Part shown: piece after piece, positions 17,254 through 25,352 of the stretch
Layout of the letters: each line of letters opens with the position of its first letter
Position numbering within the stretch: the first letter of the stretch is position 1
Origin: Rickettsiales bacterium
GTDB lineage: Bacteria; Pseudomonadota; Alphaproteobacteria; Rs-D84
Assembly: GCA_031288835.1 (NCBI GenBank)
Contig: JAITQO010000006.1
Span: 3,024 to 35,023, forward strand
Reading direction: 5' to 3'
DNA length: 32,000 bases
The notes under the pieces: model-generated
What the model was told of the DNA's origin: nothing
Database searches by the model: none
The model's input: the letters and a program-made list of their open reading frames with translations, nothing else
Program-made: the position numbers and the translations under genes

Positions 17254-17271
17254 TACATAGTCCTTTTTTTG

Positions 17272-19758
17272 TTATGAATCCGCTATCGGGCATACTTTTG
17301 GGGTTCCTGTAATCTTCCCCGTTTTTTGGCATTGACAATATGGGGATATAATACCTTTTGCCCCATCATTTCCATTGTTTGCGACATTATAGCATTCACC
17401 CGTTCCCGTTGAAGGGCAGGTACCATCAGCGGCGCATGTTCCAGTGCATGTATTGATAACCGACACCGAGTTACTCGGACAAGTGTTGCATACGTTACCG
17501 AAAACGTAATATCCCTCATAGCATTTGCAAGTTTCACTGACATATCCGTTTTCAGTGCCGTTGGCAGAAGGAGTATTGCTACTGCCGGCATATCCCGAGT
17601 TTGCCGGGCAGGCGGGCGCCGATGCGGGAATCTGCGCGCACGTTCCGACGGAAACATAATATCCGCTGTTGCACTTGCAGTTGGAATTGATATATTTGGA
17701 TTTTTCAGCGGGCACGACGCCATCGCTGTCCTGCAACGTGTCGCTCCAAGTAGAGTTCAGCGGGCACATCAATGTCTGATAGAACATATTTGACAGTCGG
17801 TCTATCAATGCATTCTGTTCGGTGACGCTATCGCGCGCGCCGGCGGTCGAAAACACCACATACGCGCAGGACAGCGCGACGCTGCGGCACGCGCCCATCA
17901 ATATAGGCCTTACTATGGACGGCGACAAACTGGTTCCGATGCCGTATGAGTTGGCGCTGGTAATCTGCCCGTTATAGCATGTGGAAACGTCTGTCAGGCA
18001 TGTTTTGGCGTATTCCGCAATAACGCCCGACTGCGCCGCGATGATTTGCGACATGGTGCGCTCCATATACGATTTTATGACGGTATTGTTGTCGACATAC
18101 TGCCCGTCGCTGTAGGTGTATCTGCGGCATTTGTCCAGCACCGGGCGGCAGAATCCGGACACGACGCGCCCGTTGTTGTCCATCACGCCGATTTTGGATT
18201 TCAGATAATCGACGATTTCCTTTCCATTTGTCTCGTTTGCCGCGGTGGCGACGTCGCAGCTGGCGGGCTCCGAAACGGATGAATCCAGCAGGCGGGCGAG
18301 ACACCTTGCATCGTAGGTGCTGGCGTATTCTTTCAGCGCGACAAGGTCGCCGCCCGGAATGACGTTGCCGTTTTCGTCAATCGCCCTTTTGCTCGGGTCG
18401 ACGCATTTGTAGTATTTGTCGCCGCAAACCATCTCGTCCCTCATGCATGAATCCAGCGCGCTGACGCAACCTTTGGCGTCATAGGCGTTCTGTTCGCCGA
18501 GGACGGTCAGGCGCGCCTTTTGCAGCATCTGCGTCGCCGAGCGGATATTCGTCTTGACGCCCGCGGTGGCCTTCTTCAGCCCCGCCTCGTATTGTATGCA
18601 CGCCTTGTCTATCTCGATGTCGTATTGCCCCGAGATAATCGACTGGTCCGCCTTTTTGGCCGCGCAGCGGGTAAGAATCGGCTTGCACTTTTTCTTGGCG
18701 GCGGCGTATAGCTCGGTTCCGCGCATATTGGCGAACGACTCGTTGTCGCCGAAGAGGGAGCTCAGGTCAAAATCGTCGCCCTCTCCGGAAAAATCCAAAC
18801 TAAAATCCAAAGAAGACGAACCGCCGGAACTGTAATCCGCAGTCGGCGATTTTATTAATTTCTCAATTTCTTCAAGCATGCTGCGCGACTGAGTCCTGTC
18901 CTCCGTCGTGCTCATGACCTTTTCCGCCTCGGTTTCTTTCATAATGCTGCGGATTTCGTCCGCGGCCAGGCCGACATAGCGGATTTGCTGGGCGACATTG
19001 TTCAGCTCGTTGTTCGCTTCGGTCAGCGAATCCTCGACCTTTTTATACTGCGACAGACGTCCGGAGCACGAGCACTGCTTCTGGTTCGCATCCAGAACGT
19101 TGCAGAACTGGTTCATGCAGTCGAAATACGACGCGGAGCAGTCCGCCAGCTCGCTGGCAGCGCTCGGCGCCTCGGCCGATTCCGCCGTCCCTTCGAACAT
19201 GGTGTCGACAGCCGCGCGGGAGCGGCGCGAAAGTTTTCTGGAAACCTCATCGTCAATATTCTGGCCGGCCGCAGCCTGGGCGCGCCCCGTGACGGCGCGT
19301 CCGTCTACTTCGACGAAAGACGGGCGCGAACCGCCGCCGCCGCGCGTTGAAGCGCCGCGGCCCGATTGGGATTGCGCCGCCGCGCTGCGCGTGGCGGTGG
19401 CGGCCGGGGCGCCGGAGCGGCCCCGAGAAACAGCGGCGCGAGAAATCGTCTTTGCGCCCGCCGCAGACGCGTCGCGGGATGTCGCCGCCTGGGCGGCGGC
19501 CGATTCAGCCTCCTCAGCCTCCGCGGATGCCCTTGATTGCTCCTTATTCGCCTGGACGGCCATGCGCGACGGGCGGCCGGCCGCAGACTGCTCGTTCTTG
19601 CCTGCCGCCGCCTTTGCGGCCGCGGCACGGGATATCTTTTGAACCTCCCCGGCCAGCGGCGACGGACCGACGGAAACAACGCGCGACGAACGCGCCGTAT
19701 CGTCCGCGAAAACCGCACTCGAAACGACAGCCAGAAAAACTGCGAGAACATTCTTCAA
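17272..19758 (-). CDS. Large secreted protein (828 aa): signal peptide, R/A/S/G-rich low-complexity region, Cys-rich core, C-terminal furin/EGF-like Cys repeats
   Basis: N-terminus MKNVLAVFLAVVSSAVFA/DD. Residues about 21-195 are low complexity. It shares the motif CSASYFDCMNQFC...CSCSGR with the 25353..27338 protein. The C-terminus has CKCNSGYYVSVGTC and CKCYEGYYVFGNVCNTC. The predicted start is TTG. Confidence 0.75.
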   Translation of the reverse strand: MKNVLAVFLAVVSSAVFADDTARSSRVVSVGPSPLAGEVQKISRAAAAKAAAGKNEQSAAGRPSRMAVQANKEQSRASAEAEEAESAAAQAATSRDASAAGAKTISRAAVSRGRSGAPAATATRSAAAQSQSGRGASTRGGGGSRPSFVEVDGRAVTGRAQAAAGQNIDDEVSRKLSRRSRAAVDTMFEGTAESAEAPSAASELADCSASYFDCMNQFCNVLDANQKQCSCSGRLSQYKKVEDSLTEANNELNNVAQQIRYVGLAADEIRSIMKETEAEKVMSTTEDRTQSRSMLEEIEKLIKSPTADYSSGGSSSLDFSLDFSGEGDDFDLSSLFGDNESFANMRGTELYAAAKKKCKPILTRCAAKKADQSIISGQYDIEIDKACIQYEAGLKKATAGVKTNIRSATQMLQKARLTVLGEQNAYDAKGCVSALDSCMRDEMVCGDKYYKCVDPSKRAIDENGNVIPGGDLVALKEYASTYDARCLARLLDSSVSEPASCDVATAANETNGKEIVDYLKSKIGVMDNNGRVVSGFCRPVLDKCRRYTYSDGQYVDNNTVIKSYMERTMSQIIAAQSGVIAEYAKTCLTDVSTCYNGQITSANSYGIGTSLSPSIVRPILMGACRSVALSCAYVVFSTAGARDSVTEQNALIDRLSNMFYQTLMCPLNSTWSDTLQDSDGVVPAEKSKYINSNCKCNSGYYVSVGTCAQIPASAPACPANSGYAGSSNTPSANGTENGYVSETCKCYEGYYVFGNVCNTCPSNSVSVINTCTGTCAADGTCPSTGTGECYNVANNGNDGAKGIISPYCQCQKTGKITGTPKVCPIADS

Positions 19759-19767
19759 TATGCTTCA

Positions 19768-19776
19768 ATTATAGCA
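19768..19776 (-). promoter_or_regulatory. Extended -10 element TGCTATAAT, 9 nt upstream of the TTG start at 19758
   Basis: The minus strand reads GTTCTGCTATAATTGAAGCATATTGAAGAATG. Confidence 0.4.
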
Positions 19777-19892
19777 GAACACAGGGCGATTATGAAGCGA
19801 TTATTAGTCCGAAATCCGAAACCCATGGCCCAATCCCCACCGTCATTCCGGCGCTTTCCCCTTGCGGTTTCGAATATCTCTCATCCATTTCG

Positions 19893-20249
19893 CTATTCAG
19901 CCAGGATTTTCTTCGCCTGTTCAAGCAAATCTATTGCGGTTTTAATGTTTTTTCCCGCGTTTTTTTCCGACGACGCCGCCGCGGGTTTCGAGATATCCGC
20001 CGGAGCGGCATTGAACCCGCCGGAGGCAAGCAATTTCTTCACGCCGTCAATCGTATAGCCGTCGGCATACAGGTATTTCTTCAACGCGAATACATTGCCG
20101 ACGGTCTCCTGCCTGTAAAATCTGCGCCCTCCGGCGCCGACGGTCGGCGCAATCAGCGACGGAAACTCCTTTTCCCAATATCTAAGCGTGTGCGCCGGGA
20201 CATCCAGTTTCCTCGTCAGTTCTCCAATCGGCATAAAGTATTCCGTCAT
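19893..20249 (-). CDS. MerR-family transcriptional regulator
   Basis: The helix-turn-helix block MPIGELTRKLDVPAHTLRYWEKEF...GGRRFY is the MerR N-terminal domain. Start placed at the ATG that overlaps the upstream stop (ATGA). Confidence 0.8.
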   Translation of the reverse strand: MTEYFMPIGELTRKLDVPAHTLRYWEKEFPSLIAPTVGAGGRRFYRQETVGNVFALKKYLYADGYTIDGVKKLLASGGFNAAPADISKPAAASSEKNAGKNIKTAIDLLEQAKKILAE

Positions 20250-20503
20250 CTCGCCGCCCCCTTGCATGCAACCGCGGTTCTGACATAATCCATTGCCCGC
20301 CCCACATCGAAATTATGCAATTTTCTCACGAACGGAGCAATTTTTTCATTGTATGGAAAAATGAACTCGCGTTCCGGCATGCCGCGGCTCGTCGCGCCGT
20401 CGTGGCACCGGATGCCGGGCTCCCGCGGGCCGGTCTGCGGCAAAGAGACGGCGCCGTCCGTATTCCCGCGCAAATCCGAACAGGTCATATATCTTAGAAT
20501 CAT
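20246..20503 (-). CDS. Hypothetical 85-aa protein, translationally coupled to the MerR-family gene
   Basis: GAAGGAAG lies 6 nt before the ATG at 20503. Its stop forms an ATGA overlap with the MerR start. No family recognised. Confidence 0.4.
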   Translation of the reverse strand: MILRYMTCSDLRGNTDGAVSLPQTGPREPGIRCHDGATSRGMPEREFIFPYNEKIAPFVRKLHNFDVGRAMDYVRTAVACKGAAR

Positions 20504-20557
20504 TTTTGCTTCCTTCGTCAAAACGCGTCCTCAACCCCAAACATTCGACGCGCGCGG

Positions 20558-23329
20558 TTACTTTTCCTCCAAATCCTCTTCCTCGTGCTCTATCGCCGTC
20601 GCGCTGATGACCTTTTCCCCGTCCGCCGTGCGGAACAGCGTCACGCCCGCGGTTGCGCGGCCGGCGACCCGGATTTGCCCGGCCGGCGTCCTGATGATTT
20701 TTCCGCCGTCGGTCACCAGCATCAAATCCATGCCGTCGGCAATCGGGAAACTGGCCGCGACGGCCGTGTTCTTGCCGCCCAGTTTTATTCCCGCGAAACC
20801 GTTTCCGCCGCGGTGCGTCGTGCGGTATTCGTAGGACGACGTCCGTTTTCCGAACCCGTTCTCGGAAACCGTCAGAATGAATTGCTCGCATTTTTTCATT
20901 TCCGAATATTTTTCCGGGGGCAGAACCAAAGACGTTGTTTCTTCGTCGTCGGACGCCTCTTCCTCAATTCCTGTCGCCGCCCGGCGCTCGGCGCGAGACT
21001 GCCTTATATAGGCCGAGCGCGTATCGGCGTCCTCGAAGACGTGAGCCAGAACAGCCATGTCTATCACATGGTCGTCGGACGCCAGCCTTATCGCGCGGAT
21101 TCCGTCGGACGCGCGACCGGCGAACACGCGGACTTCATCGACGGCGAAGCGGATTACTTTGCCGCGGTATGTCGACAGCAGTATGTCCTGGCTTTCGCGA
21201 ACCGGACGGACGGCAATCAGTTCGTCCCCTTCGTCCAGCTTCATCGCGATTTTTCCGTTCGCGCGAATCGATTCGAAGTCGCTGATTTTGTTCCTGCGAA
21301 CGTTTCCGTTCTTCGTCGCGAACATCAGGTATTCGGAGCCGTTCTCGGGCGCGGGCAGAATCGTGGTGATTGTCTCGCCTTCCGAAAGAGGCAGCAGGTT
21401 GACCAGCGGACGCCCCTTCGCCGCGGCGCCGCCCTCGGGCAGCTTGTATGTCTTCATGCGATAGCACATCCCGGACGACGAGAAGAACATCAGCGGCGTG
21501 TGCGTGTTCGCGATGAAAATGTCCGCGACGAAATCCTCGTCCTTGGTGGTCATGGCGTTGCGCCCCTTGCCGCCGCGCCTTTGCGAGCGATAGGTGTCGA
21601 GCGCGACGCGCTTTATGTATCCGGTTCCGGTGATTGTGATTACCATGTCCTCCCGGGCAATCAAATCCTCCATGTCCATATCCATCTCGGCGTCCGTGAT
21701 TTCCGTCTTGCGGGCGCCGCCGAAGCTTTCGGCAATCGCCGCGGACTCCGCGCGGATGATTTCCGTGATTTTCTCCGCGCTGCCGAGAATATCGAGCAGA
21801 CGCTTTATTTCCGCGCCCAGTTCCGCCAAATCGCCGTGGATTTTCTCGCGCTCCAAGCCTGTCAGTTTGTGCAGCTGCAACTCCAGAATCGCCTTTGCCT
21901 GGCTGTCCGACATATAAAACATCCCGTTATTCTCATCATACCGGCAGTCCGGATCGTCAATCAGTCTGATATAGTTTTCTATATCTCTGGCCATCCATCC
22001 GCGGTCGAGCAGGCGCTCTTTCGCAACCTCGGGCGACTCGGAGCCTTTAATCAGTTCGATTATCTCGTCCAGATTGCCGACGGCGGCCGTCAGCCCCAGC
22101 AATGTGTGCGCCTTGTTCCGCGCCTTGTTCAGCTCGTATATCGTGCGCCTGCGCACGACTTCGCGCCGGAAACGAACAAACGATTCCAATACCCCCTTGA
22201 CCGAGAATTGAACCGGACGCCCGTTTTCCAGCGCCATCATGTTGATTGGGAACGAGCTCTGCAACTCGGTGTATTGGAACAGCCGATTCAGAACGACGTC
22301 GCCGATTGCGTCGCGCTTCAATTCGATTACCACGCGCACGCCCTCGCGCGAAGATTCGTCGCGCAGTTCGCCGATTCCCTCCACGCGCTTTTCTTTCGCC
22401 AATTCCGCGATTTTGATAATCAGCTGGGCCTTGTTCACGGCGAACGGAATCTCGTCCACGATAATCGCGGTGTGGTCATTGAAATCCTCGAAATGCGTTT
22501 TCGAGCGGACAATCACGCTGCCGCGGCCGGTCAGATGCGCCTTGAGCGCCCCAGAGCGGCCGAGCATGATTCCGCCCGTCGGAAAATCGGGGCCGGGAAT
22601 AATCCTGAACAAATCCTCGTCCGAAATACGCGGATTATCCAGTATCGCCAGCACGCCGCTCATAACCTCGCCAAGATTGTATGTCGGAATATTCGTCGCC
22701 ATTCCGACCGCAATTCCCGACCCGCCGTTGACCAAAAGATTCGGAAATTTCGCGGGCAGAACGCGCGGCTCCTGCAAGCTGCTGTCGAAATTAGGCATCC
22801 AGTCGACGGTATCCTTGTCCAAATCGTCCATCAAAAGGTTCGCGAGTTTGGTCAGCCGCGCCTCGGTATACCGCATCGCCGCCGCGCCGTCCCCGTCGCG
22901 CGAGCCGAAGTTGCCCTGGCCGAATACCAGAACCTCGCCCATCGAAAACCCCTGCGCCATACGCACCATCGCCTCGTAAATCGAGGAATCGCCGTGCGGA
23001 TGGTATTTACCCATGACATCTCCGACGATGCGGGCGGACTTGACGGTGGGCTTCGATGCGGGCGCGACGTCGGACATGACGTAAAGAATCCGGCGGTGAA
23101 CGGGCTTGCACCCGTCGCGCACATCCGGGAGTGCCCGGTCTGTAATCACCGACATGGCATAGTCCAAAAACGACACCTGCATTTCATGTTCCAATGGGGA
23201 CGTCGGAACCGGCGGGCTGCCGGGCGGCACGCCGCCGCTATTTTGCGGCGCGGACGGCGCCGAGGGCGCGCCGCCGCCAGCTTCCCGCCCCCCGTTCCCT
23301 TTATTCATGATGTCAAGCAAATCGGCCAT
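20558..23329 (-). CDS. gyrA: DNA gyrase subunit A
   Basis: Motifs [43 protein letters not shown] and the active-site [10 protein letters not shown] are present, followed by a C-terminal beta-pinwheel region. It also has an N-terminal P/G/S-rich extension of about 30 aa. Confidence 0.95.
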   Translation of the reverse strand: MADLLDIMNKGNGGREAGGGAPSAPSAPQNSGGVPPGSPPVPTSPLEHEMQVSFLDYAMSVITDRALPDVRDGCKPVHRRILYVMSDVAPASKPTVKSARIVGDVMGKYHPHGDSSIYEAMVRMAQGFSMGEVLVFGQGNFGSRDGDGAAAMRYTEARLTKLANLLMDDLDKDTVDWMPNFDSSLQEPRVLPAKFPNLLVNGGSGIAVGMATNIPTYNLGEVMSGVLAILDNPRISDEDLFRIIPGPDFPTGGIMLGRSGALKAHLTGRGSVIVRSKTHFEDFNDHTAIIVDEIPFAVNKAQLIIKIAELAKEKRVEGIGELRDESSREGVRVVIELKRDAIGDVVLNRLFQYTELQSSFPINMMALENGRPVQFSVKGVLESFVRFRREVVRRRTIYELNKARNKAHTLLGLTAAVGNLDEIIELIKGSESPEVAKERLLDRGWMARDIENYIRLIDDPDCRYDENNGMFYMSDSQAKAILELQLHKLTGLEREKIHGDLAELGAEIKRLLDILGSAEKITEIIRAESAAIAESFGGARKTEITDAEMDMDMEDLIAREDMVITITGTGYIKRVALDTYRSQRRGGKGRNAMTTKDEDFVADIFIANTHTPLMFFSSSGMCYRMKTYKLPEGGAAAKGRPLVNLLPLSEGETITTILPAPENGSEYLMFATKNGNVRRNKISDFESIRANGKIAMKLDEGDELIAVRPVRESQDILLSTYRGKVIRFAVDEVRVFAGRASDGIRAIRLASDDHVIDMAVLAHVFEDADTRSAYIRQSRAERRAATGIEEEASDDEETTSLVLPPEKYSEMKKCEQFILTVSENGFGKRTSSYEYRTTHRGGNGFAGIKLGGKNTAVAASFPIADGMDLMLVTDGGKIIRTPAGQIRVAGRATAGVTLFRTADGEKVISATAIEHEEEDLEEK

Positions 23330-23678
23330 ATGTCTTCCTTTATGTTACGGACAACTATACAAAACCGCGGAAAACCTTGCAAGAAAATAATTTCGCGCAT
23401 GTGTGGCTGAAAAAACGGCCTTTTCTGCGATTTTATTTTTCTAGAAAATTACATTAGAAGTCAAAAAGAAACGCATGCCGGCCGATTATATGCGCTAATT
23501 ACTATAAGTGCAAACTTTATCATAACAATCTTTATCATCGCATGCGCTTTCTGGCGCGGGTAAAGCAAGGTTGTTATCGACATCATACCACTTGTTTCTT
23601 GTCATTTTGCCTCTCACCGCTTATTTTATTTGTATTTTCCATTCGCATCTTTTACCATATATGTTAAAAAGGAAAAAG

Positions 23679-24338
23679 ATGCTCAGAACGATTTTGTTCA
23701 AAACCGCCCTTGCGCTTTGGTTCGTCGCCTGGTCGCCCCTGCTTTTGGTCGGGTTGGCTTCGTCGGGATTGAGCCGCAGGTTCGTTTTGTGGGACGCGCG
23801 CGGCGTCCTGTGGCTCGCGCGCGCAATCGTTGGAATAAAATATGAAATTCACGGGCGCATTGAACCCGGGACAATCATCGCGTCGAAACACATGTCGATT
23901 CTCGAGATTGCGATTCTGGCAATCAAATGCCCGAACGCGTTTTTCATAATAAAGCGCGAGCTTTTCTGGATTCCGGTTTACGGCTGGGCGTTTTGGCGCA
24001 TGGGGTTCATCGGAGTGAACCGGGCGAAAGGGGCGACAAACATGAAGATTCTGACCGCACGCGCGGCGGAGAAAATCAGGCGGGGACGAACGCTGATTAT
24101 TTTTCCCGAAGGCACCAGGGCAAGACCCGGACAGGTCGTCAGGCTAAAGCGCGGGCTTTTGTTTATCGCCGAACAGGCGCGCATTCCGATTCAGCCGGCC
24201 GGCACGGACGCGGGGTTGTATTGGCCGAAAAAAGGGCGGATGCGCGGCGGAATCGCGCATTTGTGGCTTGAGCCTCCGCTGCCGTTCGACGCGCCGCTGG
24301 ACAAAATCGCGGCCGAAATCGCTAGACATTCCGCCTGA
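23679..24338 (+). CDS. plsC: 1-acyl-sn-glycerol-3-phosphate acyltransferase (PlsC family)
   Basis: N-terminal TM helix, an H-x4-D-like box KHMSILE (acidic residue is E) and an FPEGTR box. Start at ATG 23679, preceded by AAAAGGAAAAAG. ATG 23661 is an alternative. The track's longer start is unlikely. Confidence 0.8.
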   Translation: MLRTILFKTALALWFVAWSPLLLVGLASSGLSRRFVLWDARGVLWLARAIVGIKYEIHGRIEPGTIIASKHMSILEIAILAIKCPNAFFIIKRELFWIPVYGWAFWRMGFIGVNRAKGATNMKILTARAAEKIRRGRTLIIFPEGTRARPGQVVRLKRGLLFIAEQARIPIQPAGTDAGLYWPKKGRMRGGIAHLWLEPPLPFDAPLDKIAAEIARHSA

Positions 24339-24342
24339 TTTT

Positions 24343-24351
24343 TGATATAAT
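24343..24351 (+). promoter_or_regulatory. Extended -10 element TGATATAAT, 14 nt upstream of the ATG at 24366
   Basis: An exact TGnTATAAT match, immediately after the plsC stop. Confidence 0.4.
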
Positions 24352-24365
24352 GCTCCAAACATGGA

Positions 24366-24917
24366 ATGAAGAGAATAATTCTGTCATTATATGCGATTAT
24401 GGCGTTGCCGTTCGCGCTGTTTGCCGCGGACGAGAGGTTCGTCGACTGCGGCGAGGGATATGTCATCGCGAACGCCAGTCCGCGCGACGGCATTCCGGCG
24501 AAGGAATGCAAAAAATTATGGTGCCGAGACCTTGAAAACAACAAAAGCATGGGCAGGGAAAACACCGCCGCGGCCGGATATGTCGCCACGACATCGCCCG
24601 TGGAGATTTGCGACAGCCAGAATAATTGCATAAAATGCTTCGGGAAAAGAAAATGGTGCACCGACAACGGCGACTTCAACCCGGAATACGGCGTTTACAC
24701 CAAGGGGAGCAGCAGACTGCACCGCAGCGTTCTTTCGGGCAACTGCTATAAATGGCAGATGCTGAACCACAACTGCGGCCCGAACGAGGTCGCGATAAAC
24801 GACGGCGATTCATGGATTTGCCTGAATCAAAGCGGCGGCACCGAGGCATCGCGCGCAGCAATCAAGTCAAAGGCAATCCGCAGGACGACCACAGCGCCGA
24901 TAATAAGGAAAAAATGA
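24366..24917 (+). CDS. Small secreted cysteine-rich protein (183 aa)
   Basis: Signal peptide MKRIILSLYAIMALPFALFA/AD. The mature part has 14 Cys, including a CGEGYV motif that echoes the CxxGYY repeats of the 828-aa protein. Confidence 0.65.
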   Translation: MKRIILSLYAIMALPFALFAADERFVDCGEGYVIANASPRDGIPAKECKKLWCRDLENNKSMGRENTAAAGYVATTSPVEICDSQNNCIKCFGKRKWCTDNGDFNPEYGVYTKGSSRLHRSVLSGNCYKWQMLNHNCGPNEVAINDGDSWICLNQSGGTEASRAAIKSKAIRRTTTAPIIRKK

Positions 24918-25321
24918 GGGGGAACAAAAAGATTCTCGTCGGATTCGCGACAAAAACCTCGGCTGTTTTGCCGAGTTTTTTTTGCGCGCTGTTCCGTCAT
25001 TGCGCAATCGTCGCCGACGGAATGCTGATTCAGATTGGAACGGATAAAATCCGGCTGTTCCGCGTCCGCGCGCGCGAAATCAGAAAGTTGGAAAACGCAG
25101 GATGGGTGTTTGTTAAAGTCAATAGTCCAAAGTCGATAAAGAACGGCCGCACAAGCGAAAGCCGGCTGTCGGCCATTGACTTTGGACTATTGACCTTTTT
25201 GACCTGCGTGGGATTCGCGAAACGGGCGCTTGGAATCCGCGCGCCTTTCGTATGGACGCCGGACCAATTGTTCAGAATGCTTGCAACACGCGACCTTAAG
25301 CGGCGCGGAAAAAACTTATAG
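24914..25321 (+). CDS. Hypothetical 135-aa protein; possible permuted papain-like (NlpC/P60 or YiiX-like) fold
   Basis: The ATG overlaps the upstream stop (ATGA). A His-containing block FRHCAIVADGMLIQIG is followed about 75 aa later by the Cys block LTCVGFAKRALGI. This weakly resembles the His-then-Cys order of permuted papain-like amidases. Confidence 0.4.
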   Translation: MRGNKKILVGFATKTSAVLPSFFCALFRHCAIVADGMLIQIGTDKIRLFRVRAREIRKLENAGWVFVKVNSPKSIKNGRTSESRLSAIDFGLLTFLTCVGFAKRALGIRAPFVWTPDQLFRMLATRDLKRRGKNL

Positions 25322-25352
25322 GCTCTTCACCCCCGGCAAAAAAAGTTATCAA

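Noticed and set aside
20585-23410. 941-aa plus-strand ORF
   Set aside because: It is antisense to an unmistakable gyrA. The sequence is Arg/Ala-rich nonsense, typical of long antisense ORFs in GC-rich coding DNA.
23515-23538. Direct repeat CTTTATCAT twice, 15 bp apart, in the gyrA-plsC divergent region, considered as DnaA boxes or a regulator site
   Set aside because: It does not match the TTATCCACA DnaA consensus. There are only two copies in an AT-rich promoter region, which is insufficient evidence.
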